From assembly GCF_035084215.1 (NCBI RefSeq), contig NC_090325.1, positions 11,346,001 through 11,410,000 of the forward strand: a stretch of DNA of 64,000 nucleotides, given 5' to 3'. Each line of letters starts with the position of its first letter. Positions within the stretch are counted from its first letter, which is position 1. Both the position numbers and the translations under genes were made by a program. The notes under the pieces were generated by a model that was given only the letters and a program-made list of their open reading frames with translations, was not told where the DNA came from and made no database searches. Source of the DNA: Heptranchias perlo. Its lineage: Eukaryota. Positions 37,655-50,894 of the stretch are shown here, piece by piece.

Positions 37655-38095
37655 GCTTCAGTGGGTAGCTCTCTCATTTATGAGTCAGAAGGTTGTGGGT
37701 TCAAGTCCCACTCCAGAGACTTGTGCACAAAATCTGTGGTGACACTCCAGTGCAGTACTGAGGGAGTTCTGCACTGTCGGAGGTGCCGTCTTGAAATGTT
37801 AAAACGAGGCCCCGTCTGCTTTCTCAGGTGCACGTAAAAGATCCCACGGCATTATTTCTAAGAAGAACAGGGGAGTTCTCCCCGATGTCCTGGCCAATAT
37901 TTATCCCTTAACCAACATCACTAAAGCAGATTATCTGATCATTATCACATTGTTGTTTGTGGGACCTTGCTGTGCGCAAATTGGCTTCTCTGTTTCCAAC
38001 AGTGACTACACTTCAAAAAGTACTTAATTGGCTGTGAAGCGCTTTGGGACATTCTGAGGTTGTGAAAGGCGCTATAGAAATGCAATTACTTTCTT
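37655..38095 (+). mobile_element. Deu-domain SINE (SacSINE1-like)
   Basis: GGTTCAAGTCCCACTCCAGAGAC head, Deu core, tail. Confidence 0.85.
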
Positions 38096-39234
38096 GTGTG
38101 AAGAGTGCACAGAAATATAAGTTGTAACATGTTTGTATGAAATCCCTCTGTTTGCTCTTTAAAGTAAAGCAATAACCCAATTAAATTTGTCACTAATATC
38201 CCACAGTGCAGTTTCAACCCCTAGGCCAGTAGTTGAAAGTAAGCCTCATATAAAATGTTATCTTTTATAGAAATCAAGGTCTGTAATATAGGGTTGGTCT
38301 TTGAATAGTATGGAGAGACTGAGTGGAACTCCTGTGGTTTACTGCTGATTCAGAACATTAGGAAGCCTGGAATCCAGTCCTTCATGTATTCTACCCAACC
38401 TATTTAAATCCCCCAGTGAAAAGCTCTGCACGAATACTCCCTGATCCACCGAAGGTGGTCGTCAAGCAGGATCCCAGTTCATTCAACCATCCTCTCATCC
38501 CTACGAGTGAACTCATGCCTGATGTCGTCCAGAAAACGTACCACCCCCTGCAGAGGCGAATCTGCCCAATGGGAGAAAAGTTTCCTCCTTTAAATAATGA
38601 GCGTGGAGGTCAGTACAGGGTAGCACTGTACACGTGTGAAAGAGAGAGAGAGAGAGAGAGAAGGTTTAGCATACTTGGGAGGTCCAAACATCAACACAGC
38701 TCGCGACAGGGGAGCTCGAATAAAAACTCCTGCTTTATATTCTTATGATCCTTATGCTCTTGAATTTGTTTTTGCTGCTGTAAGGCGTACATTTGTCTTG
38801 CCTTATCAACAGGGACATTTTCATCTGATTTAGTTAATGGTGATGCACTGGCTCGAAGCCAAAGCCCTCCCTCCCTCCCACTGCAGAGTAGGTATCATAG
38901 CTCCTCGGGGATGGGAGGCAGCAGAGGGAGGTGAATGTACTTAGTGTTGGGGCCAGGTGTAAACATTATTCATACTGGTGCAAATGGCATCGGTGGCATC
39001 GTGCCACTGGCGCAGCTGTGCGCTCGGAGAGCTGCATAAATATCAGTTCAAGTATGGGATTGAAGGTTATAAGAGGATCACATAGTCTACAGAACACAGT
39101 GTGCTGCTGGGACTATGGATGTGTCACGCGTTGAATACAGCCGATGGGAGTGGAATGGTGCGGGCTGTAGGGCTAGGTTAATGTCCTGGAGTGTCATTCA
39201 ATTTGTTTCAAAAATAGGTGAGAGATTTCACAGA

Positions 39235-39865
39235 CTTTTAAAAAAGCATACTGGGGTCCTGGGCTTTATTAATAGAGGCACAGAGTGCAAAAGCAAGGAA
39301 GTTATGCTAAACCATAAAGCAGCTGGAGTTTGTGCCCAATTCTAGGCACTTCACTTCAGAAAAGATGTCAAGGCCTTCGAGAGGGTGCAAAGAAGGTTTA
39401 CTAGAATGGTACCAGGGATGAGGGACTTCAGTTACATAGAGAGACTGGAGAAGCTGGGGTTGTTCTCCTTAGAGCAGAGAAGGTTAAGGGGAGATTTAAT
39501 AGAGTTGTTCAAAATTATGACAGGTTTTGATAGAGTAAATAGGGAGAAACTGTTTCCACTGGCAGGAGGTTCAGTAACCAGAAGACACAGATTTAACGTA
39601 ATTGACAAAAGAACCAGAAGGGAGATGAGGAGAATTTTTTTAAATGCGGCTAATTGTTCTGATCTGGAATGCACTGCCTGAAAGGGTGGTGGAAGCAGAT
39701 TCAATAGTAACTTTCAAAAGGGAATTGGATATGTACTTGAAAAGGAGAAATTTGCAGGGCTATGGGGAAAGAGCAGGCGACTGGGACTAATTGGATAGCT
39801 CGTCAAAGAGCTGGAACATACACAATGGGATGAATAGCCTCCTTCTGTGCTGTATGATTCCTTGA
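39235..39865 (+). mobile_element. CR1/HER1 3' fragment
   Basis: QRRFTRMVPGMRDFSYIERLEKLGLFSLEQRRLRGDL. Confidence 0.9.
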
Positions 39866-40319
39866 TTACCGAGATTTTTGGTTTCCCGGTTCCAATGTCC
39901 CACTTAACACCATGGTCGCAAGATTCTCTTGATGGCTCAGTGCCAGCTTCATGGCGTGAGTGGTATCTTCTCTCTCCATGCTTGTGAAAGCACACATTAT
40001 ACAGTAGCATGTCAAGTGAGGCTGCAGGGGACTTTGGCATCACACTGAGTACTGAGGTACAATGAATAGCATCAGTATTGCACGTCATTAATCTTCATCT
40101 TCATGCCTCCCTTTTCTGCAGTTTCTCCCAGAATCCAGGACGCTCCTCAGCAGTTTTAGCATTGCAAGGGCCAACACTTTACAAAATAACTGAATAATTA
40201 AGCAGCAATTAATCACTACCGCCAAAGCTAATTTAAAGAGAAGCTGCATTTGTTTAACTCATTCACTGCACACTGTTTATTCCCTCCACCTTTCTTCTCT
40301 CCTCTCCCGAAGGTGCAAA

Positions 40320-40720
40320 CTCAACAACAATAACAAGAACTTGCATTTATATAGCGCCTTTAACATCCCAAGGTGCTTCACAGGAGCGTTATCAGGCAAA
40401 ATTTGACACTGAGCCACATAAAGAAATATTAGGACAGGTGGCCAAAAGCTTCATCCAAGAGACAGGTTTTAAGGAGCATCTTAAAGGAGGGGAGAGAGGT
40501 AGAGAGGCGTAGAGGTTTAGGGAGGGAATTCCCAGAGCTTAGGGCCTCGGCAGCTGAAGGCACGGCCGCCAATGGTGGGGCAGTGGAAATCGGGGATGCA
40601 CAAAAGACCAAGAATTGGAGGAACGCAAAGGTCTCAGAGGATTGTAGGGCTGCAGAGATAAGGAGGGGCGAGGCCATGGAGGGTTTTGAACACTGGGATG
40701 AGAATTTTAAAATCGAGGCT
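40320..40720 (-). mobile_element. L2-clade LINE 3' end
   Basis: Minus strand gives GGRAFS..GPKLW / NSLPKPLRLSTSLPSFKMLLKT.L, a typical L2 ORF2 terminus; tail GGCGCTATATAAATGCAAGTTCTTGTT. Confidence 0.8.
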
Positions 40721-41424
40721 TCTTAAATCATCATTCCACTTTCAAAGCGTTCCGCTAACTTTCCTTCATGTTTGAGCCTAGCCAGTGAGTGTTGGCAGGC
40801 CATTTGACAGCAGGGGAGAGGGGGAGGGATGGGGGAAGGGACATCATAACTGAGTCAGGTCCACGCACGTACACGTTCCAGTGGGAATCACTGCAGAGTG
40901 ATGAGGGGCAGGAGCCCTTGCTGATTTTTCCCACTCCCTATCCCAAGGACACAGAGGCCAATTGTAGCTCCCCAGCTGCGAACCTGGCTGAATACAGACT
41001 GGTAATTGAGTCTGAGACCTTCTGGTCTGTATGGCTTAGTGCCTTTCCTCACCAGGCCATGAGCTAAACTCCACGATTTTACTTTGCTATGAGATCACAT
41101 CTCCCTGAACTATGTGATTGAATATGGATGAATCTAATATAATGATCCCACATCACTTCTAATTGGCCTGCTCGAATTCAGGAGTACATTTTCACAATAT
41201 GGATTTGGCCTATTCTAAACTCATCCCTCCAGAACCAACTTACAATCCACCCATCAAAGTCTCCATCTGTTTCTTAAATGTTTACAAGGTTTTTTGACTC
41301 CACCATCCAACCCAGATTGCCCATCAGTCCCTGTGTTGATCACTCTTTGTGTGAAGGAGATGACATTCCCTTTGATCAATTTGAACCATTGCCTTTTTGC
41401 CCCATTGTCATGATGAATTAAATC

Positions 41425-41950
41425 GAATTTACAGCACGGAAACAAGCCATTCGGCCCTATCTAGTTTATGCTCCACTCGAGCCTCCTCCCACCCCACTTC
41501 ATCTCACCCTATCAGCATATCCTTCCATTCCTTTCTCCCTCGTGTGTTTATCTAGCTTCCGCTTGAATGCGTTTATGCTAGTCGCCTCAACTACACCTTG
41601 TGGTAACGAGTTCCACATTCTAACCACTCTCTGGGTAAAGAAGTTTCTTCTGAATCCCCTATTAGATTTATTAGTGACGGTCCTACATTTATGGTTTTGG
41701 ATTCCCCCACAAGCGGAAACATTTTCTCTATCTCTAATCTATCAAATCCCTTCATAATTTTAAAGACCTCTATTAAGTGACCCCTCAACCTTCGCTCTTC
41801 TTCAGAAAAGAGCCTCAGCCAGTTCGGTCCTTCCCCATAGTTTTAACCTCTCAGTTCTGGTGTCATCCTTGTAAATCATTTTTTAGCACGTTCTCCAGTG
41901 CCTCTGTATCCTTTTTGTGATATGGAGTCCGGAACTGTGCACAGTACTCG
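41425..41950 (-). mobile_element. CR1 3' fragment (third subfamily; related copies 44185-44590 plus, 54990-55185 minus)
   Basis: RGHLIEVFKIMKGFDR..FPLVGES; its 3' UTR is shared with the 44.5-kb copy. Confidence 0.85.
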
Positions 41951-43289
41951 AAGCTTCTCCACGCTTGCAGGAACCTGGGATTAATCCTCATATCACAAGA
42001 GCACATTTACACTTGTAGAGGATGTTTGGCTTCAAAAGATGATTTCAGTGGGTATTTTGTACATTTTAGAGCCCAAGATCTTCAGCTGAAACTGTTCACA
42101 AGATCATGAGGGATAGAGATAAGAAAGGCCATTCGGCCCATCTCAACTCATCCATCCAGACATTCCCTAGAGTTCCTCCATCGCGGCATTGAACTGCTTT
42201 GTGGATTTTGCCTCCCCAGAAGTCAATTCATGTGCTGATCGCTCTTTGTCTGACGAAGGATTTCTTGACATTAGTCCTGAATTTTCCTCTTACTGTTCAT
42301 GTCACCTTATCATAACAAGTTAGAAACAATCTCTCCAGCTTTCCAGTTTCTTATAATTCTCTTCTAAAAGCTGCATTATAACTGCACAACAGAAGTCAAA
42401 ATACAGTTCATTGTCATTTGTGATACGTAAGGGCCGATTTAAACCCTGCCCACCTGGCGGCTGGTTAAAATCTGGCGGTCAGTTTCTGACATGTTGCCGC
42501 CCGCCGCCATTTTCACCGCGCTGTTTTCAGTCGCGGGACAGGGAGGTGGGGAGTCCTTGTTGATAAGTAAATGTCCCATGAGGTAAAGAGGACCCCCCAA
42601 TGCGATTTTAACCTGGGAAGGCGCAAATCGCACACAATGCCAGATCTGCCAGTGAATCTTGGCGACAGGCAGGATTGGGGCCAGGAAAGGTCCAGGATGG
42701 TAAGCAAAATGCTTCAATTCACACTTACTGACACTGAGTTCCATCTGCCACTTTTTACCGCATTCCTCCAGCTTATCGATAGCCTTTTGTAGCTTCCTGT
42801 GGTCTTCTAAAGGAATTAACTATGCCATCTATTTGGTATCATCTTTGAATTCCGACACCACTCCCTCTAGGCCTCTATCCAAAACATTGATATACACGGT
42901 GTTAAAGTATGGAGAATCAATGTTTTATTTTAAATGCCTCAAACTCTTGGCATAATGACATTACTTGATGATTCTCTGCATGGCCCTGCCACCTATTCGA
43001 ATTATTTTCATATGATCTGTATATCTCCTTTTGTTCAGAAAGGTCACGTACGTTATATGGAATAGCACAGCGAGCATTGCGTCTCTTGCTAAATTCTCTT
43101 CAGTTTGACTAACTCTTTCAATTGTCGTATGTTGTGGTTTTCCAATGTTATTTGAATCGCTCGAAATGCCACTATCTTGTTACACATCACAGGGTGTTCG
43201 GCACAGGATAATACTGTACTTTGGATAGACGGTATGTTCCTTTTATGTCACGCAAGTCTGGAACCAAGCCAAATCTGCAATTTTTTTTT

Positions 43290-44080
43290 TATATTCGTTT
43301 TCAGTATATGGACATCGCCGGCAAGGCCAGCATTTATTGCCGATCCCTGGTTGCCCTGAGAAGGTGGTGGTGGGCCTTCTTCTTGAACCACAGTAGCAGG
43401 TTGACACAACTGAGTGGCTTGCCACACCACTTAAGAGGGCAGTTAAGAGTCAACCATGTTGGTCACCCCTCAAAATCATGAAGGGTTTTGACAGGGTAAA
43501 TAGGGAGAAGCTGTTTCCACTGGCAGGAGGGTCGGTCACCAGAGGATACAGATTTAAACTAATTGGCAAAAGAACCAGAGGGGAGATGAGGAGAATTTTT
43601 TTTTATGCAGCGAGTTGTTATGATCTGGAATGCGCTGCCTGAAAGGGTGGTGGAAGCAGATTCAGTAACAATTTTCAAAAGGGAATTGGATAAATATTTG
43701 AACGGGAAAAATTGCAGGGTTTTGGGGAAAGTAGAGGGGAATGGGACTAACTGGATAGCTCCTTCAAAGAGCCAGCACTAGCACGATGGGCCGAAAGGCC
43801 TCCTTCTGTGCTGTATGATTCTATGATTGGTGTGGGTTGAGTCACAAATAGGCAATATCGGGTAAGGACGGCAGGTTTCCTTCCCTTCAGGACATTAATG
43901 AACCAGTTAGGTTTTTACGACAACCTGACAACTGCAAGGTCACTTTTACTGATAACAGCTTTTCATTTCCGGGTTGTTTTTTTTTTAATTTTTGAAGTGA
44001 ATTCAAATTCTGAAACTGCTATGGTGGGATTTGAACTCATGTTCCACTGGATAAATTAGTCCTGAACACTGGATTACCAG
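43290..44080 (-). mobile_element. tRNA-SINE with a LINE-derived tail, split by a CR1 3' fragment (43465-43828, plus)
   Basis: B box (reverse complement of GTGGGATTTGAACTC) at about 44030; tail shared with the 45160-45360 LINE end; TTGGT flanks the CR1 insert on both sides. Other copies at about 54395-54705 and 56050-56290. Confidence 0.65.
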
Positions 44081-45129
44081 TAGCAGAGCAAGCTCGAGGG
44101 GCCGTATGGCCTACTCCTGCTCCTATTTCTTATGTTCTAAAAGTGTCTCCCTTCTACAGTTGATTTTTAATGGGAATAAAGTCAGGAAAAGAGAAGGCTG
44201 AGGGGTGACCTGATAGAGGTCTGTAAGATTATGAAAGGGTTTGATAGGGTAGACGTAGAGATGTTTCCACTTGTGGGGGAGTCCAAAACTAGGGGCCATA
44301 AATACCAGATCGTCACTAATAAATCTAATAGGGAATTCAGGAGAAACTTCTTTACCCAGAGAGTGGTTAGAATGTGGAACTCGCTACCACAAGGAGTAGT
44401 TGAGGCGAGTAGCATAGATGCATTTAAGAGGAAGCTAGATAAACACATGAGGGAGAAAGGAATAGAAGGTAATGCTGATAGGGCTAGATGAACAGGGTTG
44501 GGAGGAGGCTCGTGTGGAGCATAAACACCGGCACAGACCAGTTGGGCCGAATGGCCTGTGTCTGTGCTGTAAATTCTATGTAATTCTATGTAGAGTAGGT
44601 AGCTTCAGTTGAAGAACTAACACTATCACGGGTGTAATGGACCAAATGGATTCCTGTGCTGTAATTTGGAAATCTCTCTGATCTTTTTGCTAATAAGCTG
44701 TCCGCTCCCCTCCTCCAGTGCAAGACGTTCCGGAACATTCCTTACCTAATGTAACGACGACCCTCAGCTCAAACCAGTAATGATGTCGGGAAAGATAAAA
44801 TTCTGCAGGATAAAGTGCCAAACATTTCCACCTTACCTTAAAACTGAGTTTGCCAAAAATAGGAGATCTATTTATTTTTTTCTTTTGTTTGAACTCCTAC
44901 TGCATGCAGCAGACATCGCTTTGCATACCCGCATTATTTCATTCAGATCTAGGCAGTCAGCAATTGCTCACAGCCGAAGTCAAGAGCTGCCCTTCAGTAC
45001 GCTGATGAATAATGCAGACGGGGCTGACCCCTGTTCAATGATCAGAAACCAAACATTAGAAGCTTTTCCATTTCTGAAATATGCACTAAACCATCAAAGG
45101 CCTCCGTTCCATTGGAGAGAGCGGGAGAG

Positions 45130-45157
<28 letters not shown>

Positions 45158-45160
<3 letters not shown>

Positions 45161-45372
45161 GAAATATATCGTCGTTCCTTCATCGTCGCTGGGTCAAAAT
45201 CCTGGAACTCCCTTCCTAACAGCACTGTGGGAGAACCTTCACCACACGGACTGCAGCGGTTCAAGAAGGCGGCTCACCACCACCTTCTCAAGGGCAATTA
45301 GGGATGGGCAATAAATGCTGGCCTCGCCAGCGACACCCACATCACATGAACGAATAAAAAAAAAGAAAAAAA
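45158..45372 (+). mobile_element. 3' end of a CR1-superfamily (non-HER1) LINE with an A-rich tail
   Basis: RSFIVAGSKSWNSLPNSTVGEPSPHGLQRFKKAAHHHLLKGN*; copies at 47770-48075, 53145-53565 (minus) and 57185-57555. Confidence 0.8.
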
Positions 45373-45624
45373 ACACAGACGCATGCACGCAGAGAACGTC
45401 GGCAGTATTTGCTGCTAAGCATGCATCTTCTCCCAGTGATTCAAAGAGGAATCCAACAAGTGCTCTATTGCCTTTCTTGTATGGGGAGTTTGTCACAGTG
45501 TGCTGGTGGAACGGGCTAGAATAAAGGTGGGAAGTCTGGCAGGAAAGGTGTGGCAAATGGAAGGTCACAAGCAGGTACGGCCTACCCAGGTACTGCCATC
45601 TCTTCATCCTTATTCTATCAGATA

Positions 45625-46148
45625 TCATAGTAGGTACCGCACAGGAGGAGGCCATTCGGCCCATCGTGCCTGTGCCAGCACTTTGTAAGAGCTATCCAAT
45701 TAGTCCCATTCCCCTGCTCTTTCCCCATAGCCCTGTAAATTTTTATTTGTCCAATTCCCTTTAGGAAGTTATTATTGAATCTGCTTCCACCACCCTTTCA
45801 GGCAGTGCATTCCAGATCATTATAACTCGCTGCGTAAAAAAATGTTTCCTCATGTCGCCTCTGGTTCTTTTGCCAATCACCTTAAATCTGTGTCCTCTGG
45901 TTACCAACCCTTCTGCCACTGGAAAGAGTCTCTCCTTATTTACTCTGTCAAAATGCACCATGATTTTGAACACCTCCATCAAATCTCTCCTTAACCTTCT
46001 CTACTCTAAGGAGAACAACCCCAGCTTCTCCAGTCTCTCCACATAACTGAAGTCCCTCGTCCCTGGTACCATTCTAGTAAATCTCTTGTGCACCCTCTCG
46101 AAGGCCTTGACATCCTCCCTGAACTGCGGTGCCCAGAATTGAACACAA
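45625..46148 (-). mobile_element. CR1/HER1 3' fragment
   Basis: EVFKIM..RGHRFKVIGKRTRGDMRKHFFTQRV on the minus strand. Confidence 0.9.
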
Positions 46149-49082
46149 TTTTTTGTTTAAACTATTTGTAGAAATGTTTACAATAATAAAACAGCAAAGT
46201 TTTCGACTGACAGAAGTAAACGAACTGCAAATCCAAACCTTTGTGCGACGCTGGCCTATCATGCGACTTCTTCGCACTGACGCTGTATCATGCGACTCAT
46301 ACTGCAGTGCTGCGTTTAACTATTATCCATGAACAAGCCAGAGTACAACTAGTGCAATCCCAGATTTTGAGATCTAAGGGCAATCAGGTTAAAGTATTCG
46401 GACAGAGTAGATTGCTCAAAATAACATGAAGAAAGCTACAGAAGGACACAGAAGAGGAACTGGAACAAATGATTAGGCAGAAGACAATTGTGTAGCAGCA
46501 GGGAACCCTCGAAAGAGAGAGTGAGAGGAAGCCTGTCAGCCAAGAGGCTGCAAGACCGGCCGACCTGACACATTAGGAGATAGAAAACAATTAGAGGCTG
46601 ATGGGGAGAGGGTGAGAAGGAAAAATGGAAAGAGAAGCATTAAAAAGGGCAGCCATTTCAAACAATTCCTATTCCTTGGCTTAACATCTCGTCCAAAAGA
46701 CGGCACCTCTGACAGTTCAGTACTCCCTCTGTACTGCGCTGGGCGTATAGTCCTAAATTACCTGCTTAGGTCTCTGGAGGGAGGCTTAAATCCATGATCT
46801 TCTGACTGAGGGGGCAAGAGAGCTACCCACTGAGCCAAGGATAACACCATATAGATCTAGGTTTAGTTCTAGGAGAAAACTGGGAGAAAATAGGAGATTG
46901 TGGGAAGGGAGGGGAGGTGTTTTTCTACTTTGCTGTAAATGTGACGAACATGGCATGAGATTTTCAGGGGGAAAAAATGATAGGTATAATCTGCTGTTGG
47001 CTGAATGAATCAGGAACCTCGGAGGAGGAATCTAATTCTTTAATGCGCATTAATTCTGGTGTGAACATATACGTTTATCATTACCGATGTCTACTGATGT
47101 TTCGACTGTCAATAGAACACGCCATTAAGGCACCACATCACTATATATAGCATTTATTTCCAATGCAAGCAGAAAAGAAATAAAACCACGGGGTCTTATT
47201 TTCTCCGCGGACAGCGTGTAACTCTTTATAGATATGTCAATAATTTCAGAGCACAGAGGAACTCTTCCCCGCCCTCCCCATTTCAGTCAAACTCAGTCAG
47301 AGCTGTTTGTCAGTGAACTGCCTTGTCACGGCCGTCAGTAGAGTGAGGAACCGCTCAGCAGTTGGCAGAGAGGAGCTGATCTGACGGGACTTCTGACAGA
47401 CAGCAGGATAGTCCTCCTGAAGCAGTTCTCCATGTTGCAGAACTCCAAAGTGACAGTCCAGACACTGGCAGCTTGCTGATTGTGACAGGCATTTCTTCCT
47501 GATAAAGTCACTTCACTTCAGTGACAAACCAGCCCTGTGTGTAGTAAATAAACGCTGTCTTCAGTAATAGGATAAAACGTTGCCATGTCATTAATTGTTT
47601 CTGTCCTATCTGTAACACTCACTGGATATTAGCATGGCTGTAGTTTTAAATGAGACAGAGCAAACTTTGCTACAAAAAAAAATGAGACTGTCGGGTTGAG
47701 AAGCAGTAATAATCCTATAAGAAATGAGTTTGGGCTCAATCCAGTTCCTAGTTAATGGGCATGTACCGACAACTAGGCAAGGCTTCTTCGACAGCACCTT
47801 CCAAACCCAGGACCTCCACCACCAAGAAGGTCAAGGGCAGCAGGTGTATGGGAGCACCATCACCTCCAAGTCACACACCATCCCGACTTGGACATATATC
47901 GGCCATTCCTTCATCGTCACTGGGTCAAAATCCCTACCTAACAACTCTGTGGGAGCACCTTCACCACGGTTCAAGAAGGCGGCCCACCACCACTTTCTCA
48001 AGGGCAACTGGGGATGGGCAATAAATGCCAGCCTTGTCAGTGACACCCACATCCCGAGAATGAATTTTAAAAAGTTCCCTTCAATTAACAGCATCACTCA
48101 GAGAGACCCCAGGATGACTGGTGTGGAGCAAACCTCACAATAATAAAATGTAAGTTGGACTGAAGCACACTGTTGGGGAAAGGGTGCTTTACTCCCCATC
48201 TAAGCAGTGCTTGGTATCTGAAATGGGACGGTATTCCGTTCCCCTGCACGGCCATCCCTCGACTTCATGACCGCACACACACACAAAAAAATAAATAAAA
48301 TCAAACTCTGGCTGCCTCTTAAGATTCAATTGTCCTGCCTGGCCAGTATCATCTGCAAATTCAATCAGTTCACATTCAACTTGTGAATCCACACTATTCG
48401 CACATTGGAAATTAGTGGAAGTCCCAAATTTTTTCCACAGTCCACTTGGAATGTCTATTCCTCAAAAAAGTCAAAAAGGCTGGTCAGGCAGATTCTTCCC
48501 TTTCTGAAACCATGCTGGCTCCAATTTATTTGGGTTCTTGTTCTACAAGTGTGTCTACCTTCGATAATCACTTCATTATTTTGGCCTGTTATTGATGTTG
48601 AGAAAGTAAATCAATCAGTAAGTGCTCCAGAGTCTACTCTTCTGTATTATTTCTCCCTCTGCCCATTTCCTCTCCTGAAGGTCTCGCCACATCTTGCTGC
48701 ACCATCCAACTCCCACTGCCTCACCCAATTTGGTCATTCTCCATGGGCGTCATTTTAGCACCTGATTAAGGGATTATGTGAGGAGGGGTGGGATTTTAGA
48801 GCAAACTGGGACTGTTTCCCACACTGGGGGAAACACTCCCAGGTCAAATGGACGTGTTGCAGCTGTCAGCCTGTGGCAGCTGCAAAGGTCCATTTGACAG
48901 GGGGGGGTGGGGGGTGGGGGGTGAGACCCTCTCCCATTGCAGGAGGCCACTCTGTCACTTGGGACAAAGTTTGGCCTCCACCACCCTCCTCCTGACAGTC
49001 AAAGTCACCAACCCGCACACTTACCCCGGGGTCCAGAGACATGTACCTACCTGGTGGACCCCCTCAGATGTACATCTTGCGG

Positions 49083-49568
49083 ATGGGGGCCGCCGTAGCT
49101 GCAGTCATGACCTCCTCGGAGGGTGAACAGCATCACCAGCCTCACCAGCCTCGCCATCCACGCCGTCCACCTCTGACACGTGGAGCTCCACAACACAGTG
49201 CTGTGACACATCCACCTGTACAGCAGGAGGGAGGGCAACCGCAGAGAGAGATGCATCGCAGAGGGCACTACCCTAGCCACACGTTCCACAGACCGAGGCT
49301 CAGCCTCCTGGACCTCTCTGAGCAGCAGTGCACACGGAGGCTCAGAGTCACTCGACATGTAGTCATGGACATCTGCAGCCTCTTTCATGCCAAGCTGCTC
49401 CTGGCTGGCCCGAGCACCATCTTCTTACCTGTCGCTGTCAAAGTCACCACTGCCCTCAACAACTTCTCCTCCGCATCCTTCCAGGGTACAACCAGGGACA
49501 TCGCCGATGTCTCTCAGTCATCTGCGCAAAAGAGCCCTGCAAATACACCTACACCCACTCTGCAGTGA
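49083..49568 (+). pseudogene. Truncated Harbinger (HARBI1-like) transposase, N-terminal part
   Basis: RPRLSLLDLSEQQCTRRLR...LPVAVKVTTALNNFSSASFQ...DIADVSQSS matches the Harbinger HTH region; it ends before the DDE domain. Confidence 0.78.
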
Positions 49569-50097
49569 CACAATGGGTGGCATCAGTTGTGGGTCCTCAT
49601 AGTGATCCTCAGGAGAGGGCATTATTGCACAAACCAGACAGGATTCGCGAAGACATGGCAGTAGTGGTGCCAATATAATATGTAATGTGAGTTGGTCAGA
49701 AATTCAATATAAGTAACACCCATGACAAACCCTCAAACACCCCTGTGCATCCCCTTCATGCTCACGACACGTTTGCCTTACGCTGCCTACTGCACATATG
49801 TGATGCATGCCCTGTGGCTGCAGCACAGGTGGTGGCAGGTTGAGTGAGGCTGACCGTGAAAGAGATGCACGAGAGGGTGAGTATGAGATAGAGCCATGAG
49901 ATTGTATGAGGATTGGGTTGAGTGGTAGTAGCGGGATGAGTACTGGGGAGGTGAGTAAGTGCAGGTAAGATGAGGATGAGGTTTGAGTGGGTATGAGGGG
50001 TGATGTGACAGAGTAGTGTTGGCAGTGCTGAAGGAGATGTGGGGTGGGGGCAGTGATGTGGCAGACGGAGTGTTGGGGAAAGACTACGTGTACTCAC

Positions 50098-50342
50098 TTT
50101 GGCTGACCTACTGAGGTCATTGGACCGCCTCCTGCACTGTGTGTAGGTGGGCGATATGTTGGTTGCGCTGGTGACCTCCTCCGCCACCTCGAGCCAGGCC
50201 TTCCTGGTGGCAGAGGCAGGCCGCTTCCTCCCGCACGCCGGGAGGAAGATCTCTGTCCTCCCCCTCCTCCTCACCCCATGTATTGATACCTGGAGTGAGG
50301 CATCATTAAACTGGGAGCAGCCTTCCCCCTGGGCTGCTCCAT
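50098..50342 (-). pseudogene. Harbinger Myb/SANT-like DNA-binding protein, first exon, frameshifted
   Basis: MEQPRGKAAP/(frameshift)FNDASLQVSIHGVRRRGRTEIF...RKAWLEVAEEV...TQCRRRSNDL..SAK, then donor AAA|GTGAGT. Confidence 0.75.
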
Positions 50343-50894
50343 GCTGTAATTTTTTCTATTTGTTGCAGCATCTGTCAGTGGAGGACTGCCCCTTTAAATA
50401 GAGCTCCTCCAGCTGACAGATCTTACTGCGCATGCGCAGCCCGCCCGACGCGCAGATCAGCATCGGGGAACCCAGAGGAGCAGGTAAGTGGATCCAATTA
50501 GTGGATTGGATGCTACGATCGCGCGGGAAGCTGACTAATTTCACCGGGCGTGTTACCCACGTGCCCGATAGCCCCCCCGCCGAGAACCCGCAGCCCTGCT
50601 AACATCGGGCCCCATGTGTCTACCTAGACAATGAATGCCAACTGGCCATTCATTCCTGGGTGGATATAACAGCCAAGCCCCACTGTTCTTCTCATCTGAC
50701 TATGACTGAGATGCACTGGGCGGCAATCGCGAGCAAGAACCCTGGCTGACTTTTCATGCCCATCTCCTTAACCCAGGAATCCTCTTGACATTTGTGGCAC
50801 CCCTACCAGCTAAAGCCAACCAAACCAGCCCAATGCAGCAATCAAACTTGGGCCCTTCCCAGTTAGCGTTACTCACGAGGTGGTGCATTTATTA

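Larger units (their letters stand above)
48750..50613. mobile_element. Internally deleted PIF/Harbinger DNA transposon
   Basis: Convergent transposase N-terminus (+) and Myb/SANT-like gene start (-); right end GCCCTGCTAACATCGGGCCC resembles a TIR; left boundary uncertain. Confidence 0.8.
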
